From Ahniellaceae bacterium (GTDB lineage: Bacteria; Pseudomonadota; Gammaproteobacteria; Xanthomonadales; Ahniellaceae): 64,000 nucleotides of DNA. The DNA is taken from NCBI GenBank assembly GCA_044226395.1, contig JBGAHD010000004.1:577961-641960 (forward strand). Direction: 5' to 3'. The translations under genes were made by a program, and so were the position numbers. Position 1 is the first letter of the stretch. Every line of letters begins with the position of its first letter. Shown here piece after piece: positions 20,917-30,341 of this stretch. The notes below the pieces were generated by a model. The model did not search any database. It was not told the DNA's origin and saw only the letters and a list, made by a program, of their open reading frames with translations.

Positions 20917-21498
20917 TCAATTCGCGCCGCTGGCGAACTTCAGCGCCGAATGCGCGGGGTCGAGACGCGGCGCGAGTTCATACACATTGCGATAACCGTA
21001 GGTGTACAGCGCGACATACGTCGACAGATTCAACGACGCCATTGGCAACTTGCTCGGAAACGCGCGCTCGCTGTTGACGAAGTTGTTGTTGCAATAGATC
21101 AGAATGCGCGCGTCTTTGTCCGGCAGCGTTTGTTCGAGCGTGGCCAACGCGATGTCGGGAAAGCTCAAGTTGATCGCGCCATCGATGTGCAGCTCGCGGA
21201 ATTTCTCCGCGCTGCGCGCATCGAGAATGATCGTACCCGGCTCGCGACTGAGCGCGATGAACTCCGCCTCCGACACCCGCCGCTGCGCGCGATGACGCGC
21301 GGCCTCGTCGGCGATGGCGAGGAAGCCCGCCATGTCGATGTTGGGGTTGTCGAGCGTGGTGGTCGGTGGCGCGGTGGCGGCCGCTGGGGCCGAAGCCGAA
21401 GCCGAAGTGGCCGCGGATTGGCGAGAGGGCGAAGTGGCGCAAGCGCCGAGCATGAGAATCAGTGAGGCGAGCGTGAGTGATACGACGGTGCGTTCCAT
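20917..21498 (-). CDS. rhodanese-like domain lipoprotein
   Basis: Lipobox LILMLGAC. Rhodanese active-site loop context ILIYCNNNFVNSERA. Confidence 0.6.
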   Translation of the reverse strand: MERTVVSLTLASLILMLGACATSPSRQSAATSASASAPAAATAPPTTTLDNPNIDMAGFLAIADEAARHRAQRRVSEAEFIALSREPGTIILDARSAEKFRELHIDGAINLSFPDIALATLEQTLPDKDARILIYCNNNFVNSERAFPSKLPMASLNLSTYVALYTYGYRNVYELAPRLDPAHSALKFASGAN

Positions 21499-21576
21499 GT
21501 TCCCCTCCCAAGCGCGTCAGGCGCGAGGGACTTGATTCGAGGGGTGGGGGGAAGTTCCCGGGGGTGGGGGCCGGTT

Positions 21577-22240
21577 GGGGACACCCAAGATTCCCAAGAG
21601 CCGCGAAGGCTCCTCGATTGGGGACACCCATGATTCCGGTCAGACCTGGGGGTCCTCCGACAGGGGGGCCGATATCTGGACACCCATGATCACCAGATGC
21701 CGGGGCCGCGAATGGGAACACCCATGAGCCTCAATCGAGATCAGGACACCCATGATCCCCACATGCCGGGCTTGTGAAATCGAGGACACCCATGGTCATC
21801 AGCGAGAATCGGACTGCCGATCCCGGACAACAAACGCTTTCAATTCAGCCAGATACTTCTGAATCGGGCGAACAATGGCGGTCCAATACCGAATCCCCAG
21901 GATTATGGGTGTGAAATCGAGGACACCCATGGTCATCAGCGAGAATCGGACTGCCGATCCCGGACAACAAACGCTTTCAATTCAGCCAGATACCTCTGAA
22001 TCGGGCGAACAATGGCGGTCCAATACCGAATCCCCAGGATTATGGGTGTCCCGATCTACGCCGATCGCCTGTGCGAACTGTGGGTGTCCCGATCAGCTCG
22101 GGAATCGGTGGGTGTCTCCAATCCCTCGCCTCCGGTCGCCTTCCCGAACCGTGGGTGTCCCGATCTGCTCGGGTGTCCCGATCTGCTCGGGAATCGGTGG
22201 GTGTCCCCATTCCCTCCCCGTGGGTGTCCCCATTCCCTCC
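21577..22240. repeat. array of ~15 copies of an ~11-bp core (GGACACCCATG / CACGGGTGTCC); ~7 forward then ~8 reverse; central 137-bp tandem duplication (21776..21912 and 21913..22049)
   Basis: Direct reading. Forward cores at ~21577, 21612, 21679, 21716, 21753, 21784 and 21921. Reverse cores at ~21907, 22044, 22081, 22110, 22153, 22170, 22199 and 22222. Spacing is mostly 30-40 bp. The 137-bp units differ by one base. Confidence 0.75.
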
Positions 22241-22242
22241 CC

Positions 22243-22944
22243 TCACCCCTCCACCCCCCGAAACCTCAACCCTACCCCCGGCTCGGTAATCAGGTACCTC
22301 GGCTCCGCGGCGCTGTCGCCCAGGCGCTGACGCAGGCGGCCGACGAGGACGCGCAGATAGTGGGTGTCCTCATCGTGGGATGTGCCCCAGACTTCGCGCA
22401 GGAGCTGCGCCTGCGTCACCACTCGACCCGCATGCCGCAGCAAAATCGCAAGCAGCGCGAATTCCTTACGTGACAACGCGACGGGCTGCCCTTCCCGCGT
22501 GACGACGCGACGCGCGAGGTCGATGCGCAGCACGCCGTCGTCGTACACCACGTCGCCGCTTTCGCCCGCGCCGCGCGCGCGCAGCAGGGCGCGCACGCGC
22601 GCCATGAGTTCTTGCACGCCGAAGGGCTTGGTCACGTAGTCATTCGCGCCGAGGTCGAGCAGTCGCACTTTCTCGACTTCGCGATCGCGCACCGAAAGCG
22701 CGATGACGGGCACGGTCGAGGTAGTCCGCAATTCGCGCAGCACATCGCCGCCGTCGCGGTCGGGCAGGCCGAGGTCGAGGATGATCAAATCGGGCTGCAA
22801 CGCAGCGGCGGCGGCGAGTCCTTCTTCGCCGTTGGCGGCTTCGATCACGGCGAAATCTTGCGCGCGCAGGCTGATTTCCAGGAATCGCCGGATCGCGGGT
22901 TCGTCGTCGATGATCAGGATGCGCGCCTTGGCCGCGGCCGGCAT
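22243..22944 (-). CDS. kdpE: KDP operon response regulator KdpE (OmpR family)
   Basis: MPAAAKARILIIDDEP receiver domain plus a winged-helix C-terminus. The start is 2 nt after the kdpD stop. The listed ORF's N-terminal extension is rejected. Confidence 0.9.
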   Translation of the reverse strand: MPAAAKARILIIDDEPAIRRFLEISLRAQDFAVIEAANGEEGLAAAAALQPDLIILDLGLPDRDGGDVLRELRTTSTVPVIALSVRDREVEKVRLLDLGANDYVTKPFGVQELMARVRALLRARGAGESGDVVYDDGVLRIDLARRVVTREGQPVALSRKEFALLAILLRHAGRVVTQAQLLREVWGTSHDEDTHYLRVLVGRLRQRLGDSAAEPRYLITEPGVGLRFRGVEG

Positions 22945-22946
22945 GG

Positions 22947-25664
22947 TCAATCCGCTTCGCGCGAGCCGGTCGGCGGCTCGGTCAGCGGCAACGATACGCG
23001 GATCAAGGTGCCGCGGCCATCGGGCCCCGCGTGCGCGCTTACTTCGCCGCCATGCGCGCCGATCATGCCCTGACAGATGGTCAGGCCCAGGCCCGTGCCC
23101 TGCCCGCCGCGATCGCCGCGCGCGACGGTGTAGAACATGTCGAAGATGCGCGCGCGCTCGTCGTCGGGAATGCCCGGGCCTTCGTCGCTGATCTCGATCA
23201 CCAGCCGCTCGCCTTCGCGATGCGCGCGCACGCGCACGGGGCTGCCGGGCGGCGAGAACTTCGCCGCGTTTTCGAGAATATTGAACAGCGACTGCTCGAT
23301 CAGCGCCGGATGCACGTAAAGCAGCGGCAAATCCTCCGGCAGGCTGACATCGACGCTCGCGCCCGGCGCGAGGCGACGCAGCCGCGTGACCGCGGCGCCC
23401 AGCACGTCCTCGAGTTGAATCCAATCGCGATCGAGCTTCAAGCCGCCATGACCCAAGCGCGTCATGTCGAGCAAGTTTTGAATATAGCGATCCAAACGCT
23501 GCCCTTCCTCGAGCACCGAGCGCAGCAACTGGCGCCGATCATCGCCGCTCAACTGCTCGCCATAGGCATGCAGGCTCGTGGCCGCGCCGATGATCGCCGA
23601 CAACGGCGAGCGCAGATCGTGCGAGACCGACGACAACAGCGCCGCGCGCAGTCGCTCCGTCTCGCCCTGCACTCGCGCGGCTTCCAAATCATTGAGCAAG
23701 CGCACGCGCTCGGCCGCTTGCGCGATATCTTGCACCAAGGCCTGCGCGAGATGTTCTTGCTCGGGCGTCAGGCGCTCGAGCCCTTCGCCCAGTCGCAGAC
23801 CGGCCACGCCCAGCGCGCGCCGCTCGATGATCAAGGGCAAGAACCACCAGCTCGAACCCGCCAGCGTGTCGGTGAATCGCCCCGCGGCTTGAGCATGCGC
23901 GATCGCCCAATCCGCCGCGGCGCGATCGCCATCGTCGAGCCGCGCGGATTCCGGTTGCGTCGCCACCACGCGCGCGACGCCGCCTTCGCGCGGCGTGGTC
24001 AGCAACACGCATTCGGCTTGCATCGCGCGCGCCAACCCCGCGGCGCCGGCGCGAAATACTTGCGCCTCGTCCGCCGCCGACGCCAGCGTTTGACCCAACG
24101 CGCGCATCGCGCCCGCATGCGCATTGGCCGCGCGCAGCATCACGACTTGTTCGCGCAATCGCGCGGCCATGCGCCCGCACAGCAGCGCCGTGATCAGGAA
24201 CGCCGCCACCGTCACCACGCCTTGGCGCGCGTTGATATAAAACGTGTAGCGCGGTTCGATGAAGAAGAAGTTGTAGCCAACGAAGCACAACACCGCCGCG
24301 TACACCGCCACGCTCATGCGCGAGCGCGTGGCCACCAGCAGCACGGCGGTGAGAAACACCAGCGACAGATCCGTCAGGCCCAACCACGATTCGGCCGCGA
24401 AGGCCAAGGCCACCGCGCCGATGGCCACGCCCGTGGCGAACAAGCCCCCGCGCAGGCGCTCGCGCGTGACATCGGGCGCCGTCTTCGACTCACGTCGCGA
24501 CTGCGCGCGCGCCGCCGGCGAGTGCACGATGGTCAGCTCGAAATGCGCGCCCCGCTGCAGCAACTGCTGCGTGATGGTGCGATTGAACATGCGCGCCAGC
24601 GGCCGCTCGCGCGTGCGTCCGAGCACGATGGTCGACACACCTTCGCGCATGGCGTAGTCGAGCAGTTCATCGACGATCTGCGTGCCGCGCAAGACCGCCG
24701 TGTCCGCGCCCAGTCGCCGCGCCAACTCAAAGGCCGCGTTCAAGGTGCGTCGCGTCGTCTCGCCGCGCGGCGCGCCGCGATCGACCCACACCACCGACCA
24801 CGGCGCCTGCCGACGTTCGGCGATGCGTCGACTCACGCGCACCAGATACTCGCTATTGGCGCTGCCATCGATGGCCAGCAGCACGCGTCGACGCACGCCC
24901 ACCGGCCCGCGCGCGCCTTGTTGGGTGAATTGATCGCGCAGATCGGCGTCGACGCGATCGGCCACGGCCTGTACCGCGAGTTCCCGCAGCGCCGTCAAGT
25001 TCGAAGGCGAAAAGAACTGCCGCAGCGCGGCTTGCGCGGTCTCGGGCAAATACACCTTGCCTTGTTGCAGTCGCTCGATGAGTTCACGCGGCGGCAGATC
25101 GATCAGCACCAGATCGCGCGCGCGATCGAACAGCGCGTCGGGCACGGTCTCGCGCACGGGCACGCCGGCGATGCGCGCGACGACATCGTTCAAACTCTCC
25201 AGATGCTGGATGTTGACCGTGGTGTAGACATCGATGCCGGCATCGAGCAGTTCCTCGATGTCCTGATAACGCCGCTCATGACGACTACCCGGCGCATTGC
25301 GATGCGCCAGCTCGTCGACCAGGATCAACGCGGGCCGTCGCGCCAGCGCGGCGTCGAGATCAAATTCGCGCACGCCGTGACCGCGATACTCGACTTGTCG
25401 CGGCGGCAAGATCTCCAAACCTTCGAGCAGCGCCGCGGTCTCGCGCCGCCCGTGCGTTTCGACCCAGCCCACGACCACGTCCACGCCCTGGCGCTTGAGA
25501 TCGCGCGCGGCGCCGAGCATCGCGTAAGTCTTGCCCACGCCGGGCGCGGCGCCGAGAAAAATCTTCAAGCGCCCGCCACGTTCGCGACTGACTTGCGCGA
25601 GCAAGGCCTCGGCGCGTTCGTGACGCTCGGGCGCGGATTCGGGTTCGGGTTCGCGCGTCGTCAT
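22947..25664 (-). CDS. kdpD: sensor histidine kinase KdpD
   Basis: N-terminal KdpD P-loop domain (GAAPGVGKTYAML), USP-like domain, TM region, and HisKA/HATPase C-terminus. Confidence 0.9.
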   Translation of the reverse strand: MTTREPEPESAPERHERAEALLAQVSRERGGRLKIFLGAAPGVGKTYAMLGAARDLKRQGVDVVVGWVETHGRRETAALLEGLEILPPRQVEYRGHGVREFDLDAALARRPALILVDELAHRNAPGSRHERRYQDIEELLDAGIDVYTTVNIQHLESLNDVVARIAGVPVRETVPDALFDRARDLVLIDLPPRELIERLQQGKVYLPETAQAALRQFFSPSNLTALRELAVQAVADRVDADLRDQFTQQGARGPVGVRRRVLLAIDGSANSEYLVRVSRRIAERRQAPWSVVWVDRGAPRGETTRRTLNAAFELARRLGADTAVLRGTQIVDELLDYAMREGVSTIVLGRTRERPLARMFNRTITQQLLQRGAHFELTIVHSPAARAQSRRESKTAPDVTRERLRGGLFATGVAIGAVALAFAAESWLGLTDLSLVFLTAVLLVATRSRMSVAVYAAVLCFVGYNFFFIEPRYTFYINARQGVVTVAAFLITALLCGRMAARLREQVVMLRAANAHAGAMRALGQTLASAADEAQVFRAGAAGLARAMQAECVLLTTPREGGVARVVATQPESARLDDGDRAAADWAIAHAQAAGRFTDTLAGSSWWFLPLIIERRALGVAGLRLGEGLERLTPEQEHLAQALVQDIAQAAERVRLLNDLEAARVQGETERLRAALLSSVSHDLRSPLSAIIGAATSLHAYGEQLSGDDRRQLLRSVLEEGQRLDRYIQNLLDMTRLGHGGLKLDRDWIQLEDVLGAAVTRLRRLAPGASVDVSLPEDLPLLYVHPALIEQSLFNILENAAKFSPPGSPVRVRAHREGERLVIEISDEGPGIPDDERARIFDMFYTVARGDRGGQGTGLGLTICQGMIGAHGGEVSAHAGPDGRGTLIRVSLPLTEPPTGSREAD

Positions 25665-25681
25665 GTCGCGACGATACTCGC

Positions 25682-26311
25682 TCAGGACCCGGCGTGCCCA
25701 GCGTCGGCGGGCGCGCGCGCGTGCTCGTCGAGCCACAGATTCAAGGCCAGCACGTTGACGCGCGGTTGGCCGAGCACGCCCAGACTCGGTGCCTCGGTGA
25801 AGCGCGCGATGGCGTCATTCACGACGTCGACCGAGACACTCCGCGCGCGCGCCACGCGCGGCGCCTGCAGCATCGCCGCCGCTGGCGACAGGTGCGGATC
25901 GATGCCGCTGCCCGAGGCCGCGACCAGTTCCACGGGAATCGCTGTCGGCGTCACACCCTCGCGCGCCGCGATCGCCGCCGAAGCGTGTTGCGCGCGCTCG
26001 CGCAAGGCCGGCTGACTCGGCGCCCAATTGCTGCCCGCGAGCGAAGACGATGAGTAGTTCGCCGCCGAAGGTCGCGAGATGAAGTAGCGATCGTCGGCAA
26101 ACGGCTGCGCCATCAACAGCGAACCGACGACTTGCCCCTCGCGCTCGACCAAACTGCCGCGTGCCGCTTCGGGAAACAAGGCGCCGCTCACACTCACCGC
26201 GAGCCACGGATACACCAGCCCCGCGAACACGACACCGACCGCGGCGAACACGATTCCCGCGCGCCAACCGCCACCGCGCGCGTCGAGCGACTCAACAGAA
26301 GTCTCGTTCAT
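25682..26311 (-). CDS. kdpC: potassium-transporting ATPase subunit C
   Basis: ~200 aa with a single N-terminal TM helix. KdpC-like sequence. Its coordinates overlap the kdpB stop. Confidence 0.9.
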   Translation of the reverse strand: MNETSVESLDARGGGWRAGIVFAAVGVVFAGLVYPWLAVSVSGALFPEAARGSLVEREGQVVGSLLMAQPFADDRYFISRPSAANYSSSSLAGSNWAPSQPALRERAQHASAAIAAREGVTPTAIPVELVAASGSGIDPHLSPAAAMLQAPRVARARSVSVDVVNDAIARFTEAPSLGVLGQPRVNVLALNLWLDEHARAPADAGHAGS

Positions 26312-28356
26312 GACCCCACCCTCAGCGCGGCCAACACCAGATCGATGCCCTTGATCGCGGCGAACGGCAGCAGCACGCCACCCAAGCCATAGATCAGCAA
26401 ATTGTCCCGCAACAGCGCCGTCGCGCCGACGCGACGCAGACGCACGCCGCGCAAGGCCAACGGAATCAGCGCGGGGATTACCAGCGCATTGAAGATCAAC
26501 GCCGCCAACACCGCGCCGCGCGGGCTGTGCAGGCGCATCACATCGAGCGCCGCGATCGCCGGCAGCGCGCCCGCGAACACGGCGGGAATGATGGCGAAGT
26601 ATTTCGACACATCATTGGCCAGCGAGAACGTAGTCAATGCACCACGCGTGACCAGCAACTGCTTGCCGATCTCGACCACGGCGATGAGCTTGGCCGGATC
26701 GGAATCGAGATCGACCATGTTGCCCGCTTCTTTCGCCGCCTGCGTGCCCGAGTTCATGGCCAGGCCGATGTCGGCCTGCGCCAGCGCCGGCGCATCATTG
26801 GTGCCATCGCCGACCATGGCCACCAGCTTGCCGCCGGCTTGTTCGGCGCGGATGCGCGCGAGCTTGGCCTCGGGCGTGGCTTCCGCGACGAAACTGTCGA
26901 CGCCCGCGGTCGCGGCAATCGCCGCGGCGGTGAGTGGATTGTCGCCGGTGATCATCACCGTCTTCACGCCCAGCGCGCGCAGATTCGCGAAGCGTTCGCG
27001 AATGCCGGGCTTGATCACGTCCGACAAGGCGATCGCGCCGAGCAGGCGACCATCGCGCGCGACCACCAGCGGCGTCTGCCCCTTGCGCGCGATCGTCTCG
27101 ACGGCGTGACGCAGTTCGTTCGGCGCCGCGCCCGAGCCGGCCCAAGTGATCACCGCATCGAGCGCGCCCTTGCGATAGCGCGCGCCGTCGGCGCGATCGA
27201 GCCCGGACAGCCGCGTTTGCGCGCTGAAGGCCACGAAGACGTCGCCTTCGATCGCCTCGCCGCGCGCACCCTGCTCGCGCGCGAGCGCGGCGACGGACTT
27301 GCCTTCGGGCGTGGGGTCGGCGAGCGAGGCGAGCAGCGCCGCTTCGCGCAGTTCCGAGGCATTCACCGCCGCGAGCGGCATGAACTCGGTCGCGCGACGA
27401 TCGCCGAAAGTAATCGTCCCAGTCTTGTCGAGCAACAAGGTGTCGATATCGCCCGCGACTTCCACCGCCTTGCCCGACTTGGCCACGACGTGCGCTTGTA
27501 GCGCGCGATTCATGCCAGCGATGCCAATCGCCGGCAGCAAGCCACCGATCGTGGTCGGAATCAAACACACCAGCAGCGCGATCACGATCACTGGATCGAC
27601 GTCCGCGCCGACGAAGGCGCCCATCGCCGGCAAGGCCGCGCACACGATCAGGAACACCAGCGACATCGCCGCGAGCAGTACGGTCAGCGCCAATTCGTTC
27701 GGCGTCTTCTGACGCGATGCGCCTTCGACCAGGCGGATCATGCGATCGAGAAAGCTCTCGCCGGGATCGGCCGCGACGCGCACCACGATCTCGTCGGTCA
27801 GCACGCGCGTGCCGCCGATCACGCCGGAACGATCGGTGCCGGCCTCGCGCAACACGGGCGCGGATTCGCCGGTGACCGCGGCCTCGCTGATGCTGGCGAC
27901 GCCCGCGATGATCTCGCCGTCGGCGGGAATCAGTTCCCCGGCGCTGACGACCACAACATCGCCCTTGCGCAAGTTCGCGGCGGGAACACGTTCCTCGCCG
28001 CGCGCTTCGCGTCGACGCGCGGTGAGTTCGGCGCGCGCGGAACGCAAGCTCGCGGCCTGACCGCGGCCGCGCGCTTCCGCGATGGCTTCGGCGAAATTCG
28101 CCAGCACCACGGTCAACAGCAAGATCACGCCGACCACGGCCTCGAAGCCCCAGTCGACGCCCGCGGCCGCATGACGCGCGGCGATCAGCGCGACCAGGAT
28201 CGCGCCGACCAGCACCACGGCCATGACCGGATTGCGCAGCGCGTGACGCGGCGCGAGCTTGACCCACGCGTCGCGCCAGGCCTGCAGGATCTGCGCGCGA
28301 TCGGCGAAGGCCACGCGCGAAGCGTTGTGCGAATGCTTGTCCATGGTTGTCATCAC
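26308..28356 (-). CDS. kdpB: potassium-transporting ATPase subunit B (P-type ATPase)
   Basis: DKTGTIT phosphorylation motif and TGDN/GDGTND motifs. 682 aa. Confidence 0.95.
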   Translation of the reverse strand: MMTTMDKHSHNASRVAFADRAQILQAWRDAWVKLAPRHALRNPVMAVVLVGAILVALIAARHAAAGVDWGFEAVVGVILLLTVVLANFAEAIAEARGRGQAASLRSARAELTARRREARGEERVPAANLRKGDVVVVSAGELIPADGEIIAGVASISEAAVTGESAPVLREAGTDRSGVIGGTRVLTDEIVVRVAADPGESFLDRMIRLVEGASRQKTPNELALTVLLAAMSLVFLIVCAALPAMGAFVGADVDPVIVIALLVCLIPTTIGGLLPAIGIAGMNRALQAHVVAKSGKAVEVAGDIDTLLLDKTGTITFGDRRATEFMPLAAVNASELREAALLASLADPTPEGKSVAALAREQGARGEAIEGDVFVAFSAQTRLSGLDRADGARYRKGALDAVITWAGSGAAPNELRHAVETIARKGQTPLVVARDGRLLGAIALSDVIKPGIRERFANLRALGVKTVMITGDNPLTAAAIAATAGVDSFVAEATPEAKLARIRAEQAGGKLVAMVGDGTNDAPALAQADIGLAMNSGTQAAKEAGNMVDLDSDPAKLIAVVEIGKQLLVTRGALTTFSLANDVSKYFAIIPAVFAGALPAIAALDVMRLHSPRGAVLAALIFNALVIPALIPLALRGVRLRRVGATALLRDNLLIYGLGGVLLPFAAIKGIDLVLAALRVGS

Positions 28357-28357
28357 C

Positions 28358-30061
28358 TCAACGCGGCAAGCTCAAGCCTTCGGCCACCGGACCCAACACC
28401 AGGGCCGGCAGATACGACAGCACCGCGAGCACAATCACCACGGCCACGAGCGTGATGCCGAAGGTCAGGCTCTCGATGCGCAGCGTCGCGGTGCTCTCCG
28501 GCGCGGCGCGCTTGGCGCCGAGGCTCGCCGCGACGAACAGCGGAAGCAGCAAGGTCGGATAACGGCCGAGCAGCAACACGATCACGGTGCTCACGTTCCA
28601 CCACACCGTGCCATCGCCCAGGCCCTCGAGGCCCGAACCGTTGTTCGCATAGGCCGAGGTGTATTCGTAGAAGACCTGCGCGAAGCCATGCGCGCCCGGG
28701 TTCGACGTGCCCGCCACGCCCGGCACCGCCATCGTCAACGCGGTCGCGCCGAGAATGGCCAGCGGTTGCAGCACCACGAGCAGCGACAGCAGACGCACTT
28801 CGCGCACTTCGAGCTTGCGGCCGAAGATCTCGGGCGAGCGGCCAATCAGCAAGCCCGCCAGGAACACGGTCAACAACACGAACACGAGAAAGTTCACCAA
28901 GCCACAGCCAATGCCGCCCCACGTCGCGTTCATCAGCATGCCGCACAGCGCGATCAGCACCGTCGTCGGCTGCATCGAATCGTGCATGGCATTGACCGAA
29001 CCGTTCGAGGTCTGCGTGGTCAAGGTCGCCCACAGCGCCGAAGCTTCCGCGCCGAAGCGCACTTCCTTGCCTTCGAGATTCGCGCCCGGCGCGGCGAGGC
29101 CCGCGAATGCCGCGTTGCTCTGATCCTCGGCCACGACCGCGCCGATGATCATCGCGAGCGACAGCGCGCCCATCACGCCCAACACCAAGGCACTGAGCCG
29201 ACGTCGACCCGTGAACGGCCCGACCATGAAGCCGATCGCGATCGGCCACAGCACAATCGCGATGGTCTCCAGCGCGTTCGACACCGGCGTGGGGTTTTCG
29301 AACGGCACGGCGCTGTTGGGGCCATACCAACCGCCACCATTCGTGCCCAGCTGCTTGGTCGCGATCATCGGCGCGACCGGACCGCGCGCGATGAGTTGTT
29401 CGCTCATCCCCGCGCTCGCGTCGATCGGCGTCGCGCGCGCCGCGCCCGACCACGTCGCCGGCACGCCCGTGGCGGTGAGGATCAGCGCGAACACCAAGGC
29501 CATCGGCAGGAACACGCGCAGGCTCAGTCGCGTGACATCGACGTAGTAGTTGCCGACATCGATCGCGCCATCGGCATCCTTCGCGCCGCGACCGCCGAAC
29601 AAGGCGCGCAGCATCGCCGCCGCGATCGCCAGGCCCATCATCGGCGTCAGCACCTGCAACGTGGTCAGCCCCGCGAGCTGCGACAGATACGACAACTGCG
29701 CCTGCCCCGAGTAGTGCTGCTGATTGGTGTTAGTCAGGAACGACACCATGGTGTGCAGCGCGGTGTCCCAGCTCAACGCGGACACGTGGTCGGGGTTGAG
29801 TGGCAGACGGTGCTGCAGCATCAAGATCGCGAACACGATCAGACCCAGACTCAGATTGCTGATCGCGAAGGCGCGCGCGTAACCGCCGGCGGTCATGCCG
29901 CGACCGGCGTCGATGCCGAGAAGTCGATAGCACGCGCGTTCGATCGGCGCGAACACGCGATCGAGGGGCGAAGCGCCGCCAGCAAGGACGCGCGCCAAGT
30001 AGTAACCCAAGGGCCAGGCCAGCAGCACGCTGGCCAGCAGGATCAGGACGATCTCGCTCAT
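28358..30061 (-). CDS. kdpA: potassium-transporting ATPase subunit A
   Basis: 567 aa polytopic membrane protein. N-terminus MSEIVLILLASVLLAWPLGYYLARV typical of KdpA. Confidence 0.95.
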   Translation of the reverse strand: MSEIVLILLASVLLAWPLGYYLARVLAGGASPLDRVFAPIERACYRLLGIDAGRGMTAGGYARAFAISNLSLGLIVFAILMLQHRLPLNPDHVSALSWDTALHTMVSFLTNTNQQHYSGQAQLSYLSQLAGLTTLQVLTPMMGLAIAAAMLRALFGGRGAKDADGAIDVGNYYVDVTRLSLRVFLPMALVFALILTATGVPATWSGAARATPIDASAGMSEQLIARGPVAPMIATKQLGTNGGGWYGPNSAVPFENPTPVSNALETIAIVLWPIAIGFMVGPFTGRRRLSALVLGVMGALSLAMIIGAVVAEDQSNAAFAGLAAPGANLEGKEVRFGAEASALWATLTTQTSNGSVNAMHDSMQPTTVLIALCGMLMNATWGGIGCGLVNFLVFVLLTVFLAGLLIGRSPEIFGRKLEVREVRLLSLLVVLQPLAILGATALTMAVPGVAGTSNPGAHGFAQVFYEYTSAYANNGSGLEGLGDGTVWWNVSTVIVLLLGRYPTLLLPLFVAASLGAKRAAPESTATLRIESLTFGITLVAVVIVLAVLSYLPALVLGPVAEGLSLPR

Positions 30062-30068
30062 GGCCGCC

Positions 30069-30155
30069 TCAAAACTTTTCCGGGCGCCAGATGACGTAGG
30101 CGAGATAGCCGCCCACCGCCAGCACCACCCCGATCACGAACAGAAGCTCGCTCAT
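30069..30155 (-). CDS. kdpF: KdpF-like small hydrophobic peptide (28 aa)
   Basis: Not in the supplied ORF track. Minus strand encodes MSELLFVIGVVLAVGGYLAYVIWRPEKF, a single TM peptide immediately upstream of kdpA, as in kdpFABC operons. Confidence 0.55.
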   Translation of the reverse strand: MSELLFVIGVVLAVGGYLAYVIWRPEKF

Positions 30156-30341
30156 TTCGCTAGCCCGCCATCGCGCCGGTCATGCCGGCCTGGCGCACAG
30201 CCTGCGCGCCGGGGCCGTAACGTCGCCATGCCGGCCGGGGGTGGTGGCGTATCAAATGCATAACAGCGGTCACGCCTTCTGGCCTGGACGCGCCACCGGG
30301 ACTTGTGGCTATCATCGGCGCCTTGCCTTCAGGGGGATGCC

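Noticed and set aside
21577-22240. CRISPR array hypothesis for the repeated-motif region
   Set aside because: The conserved core is only ~11 bp rather than 28-37 bp. Copies switch orientation mid-array, and the spacers between cores are irregular and themselves partly repeated. No cas genes lie nearby.
21875-22473. ORFs 21875..22330 and 22012..22473 (MAVQYRIPRIMGV...)
   Set aside because: They simply translate the repeat units. They have repeat-driven composition and no RBS, and they overlap the kdpE 3' end.
22944-23424. N-terminal 160-aa extension of the kdpE ORF
   Set aside because: The receiver domain starts at MPAAAKARILIIDDEP, and its ATG at 22944 lies 2 nt after the kdpD stop. The extension overlaps kdpD in another frame.
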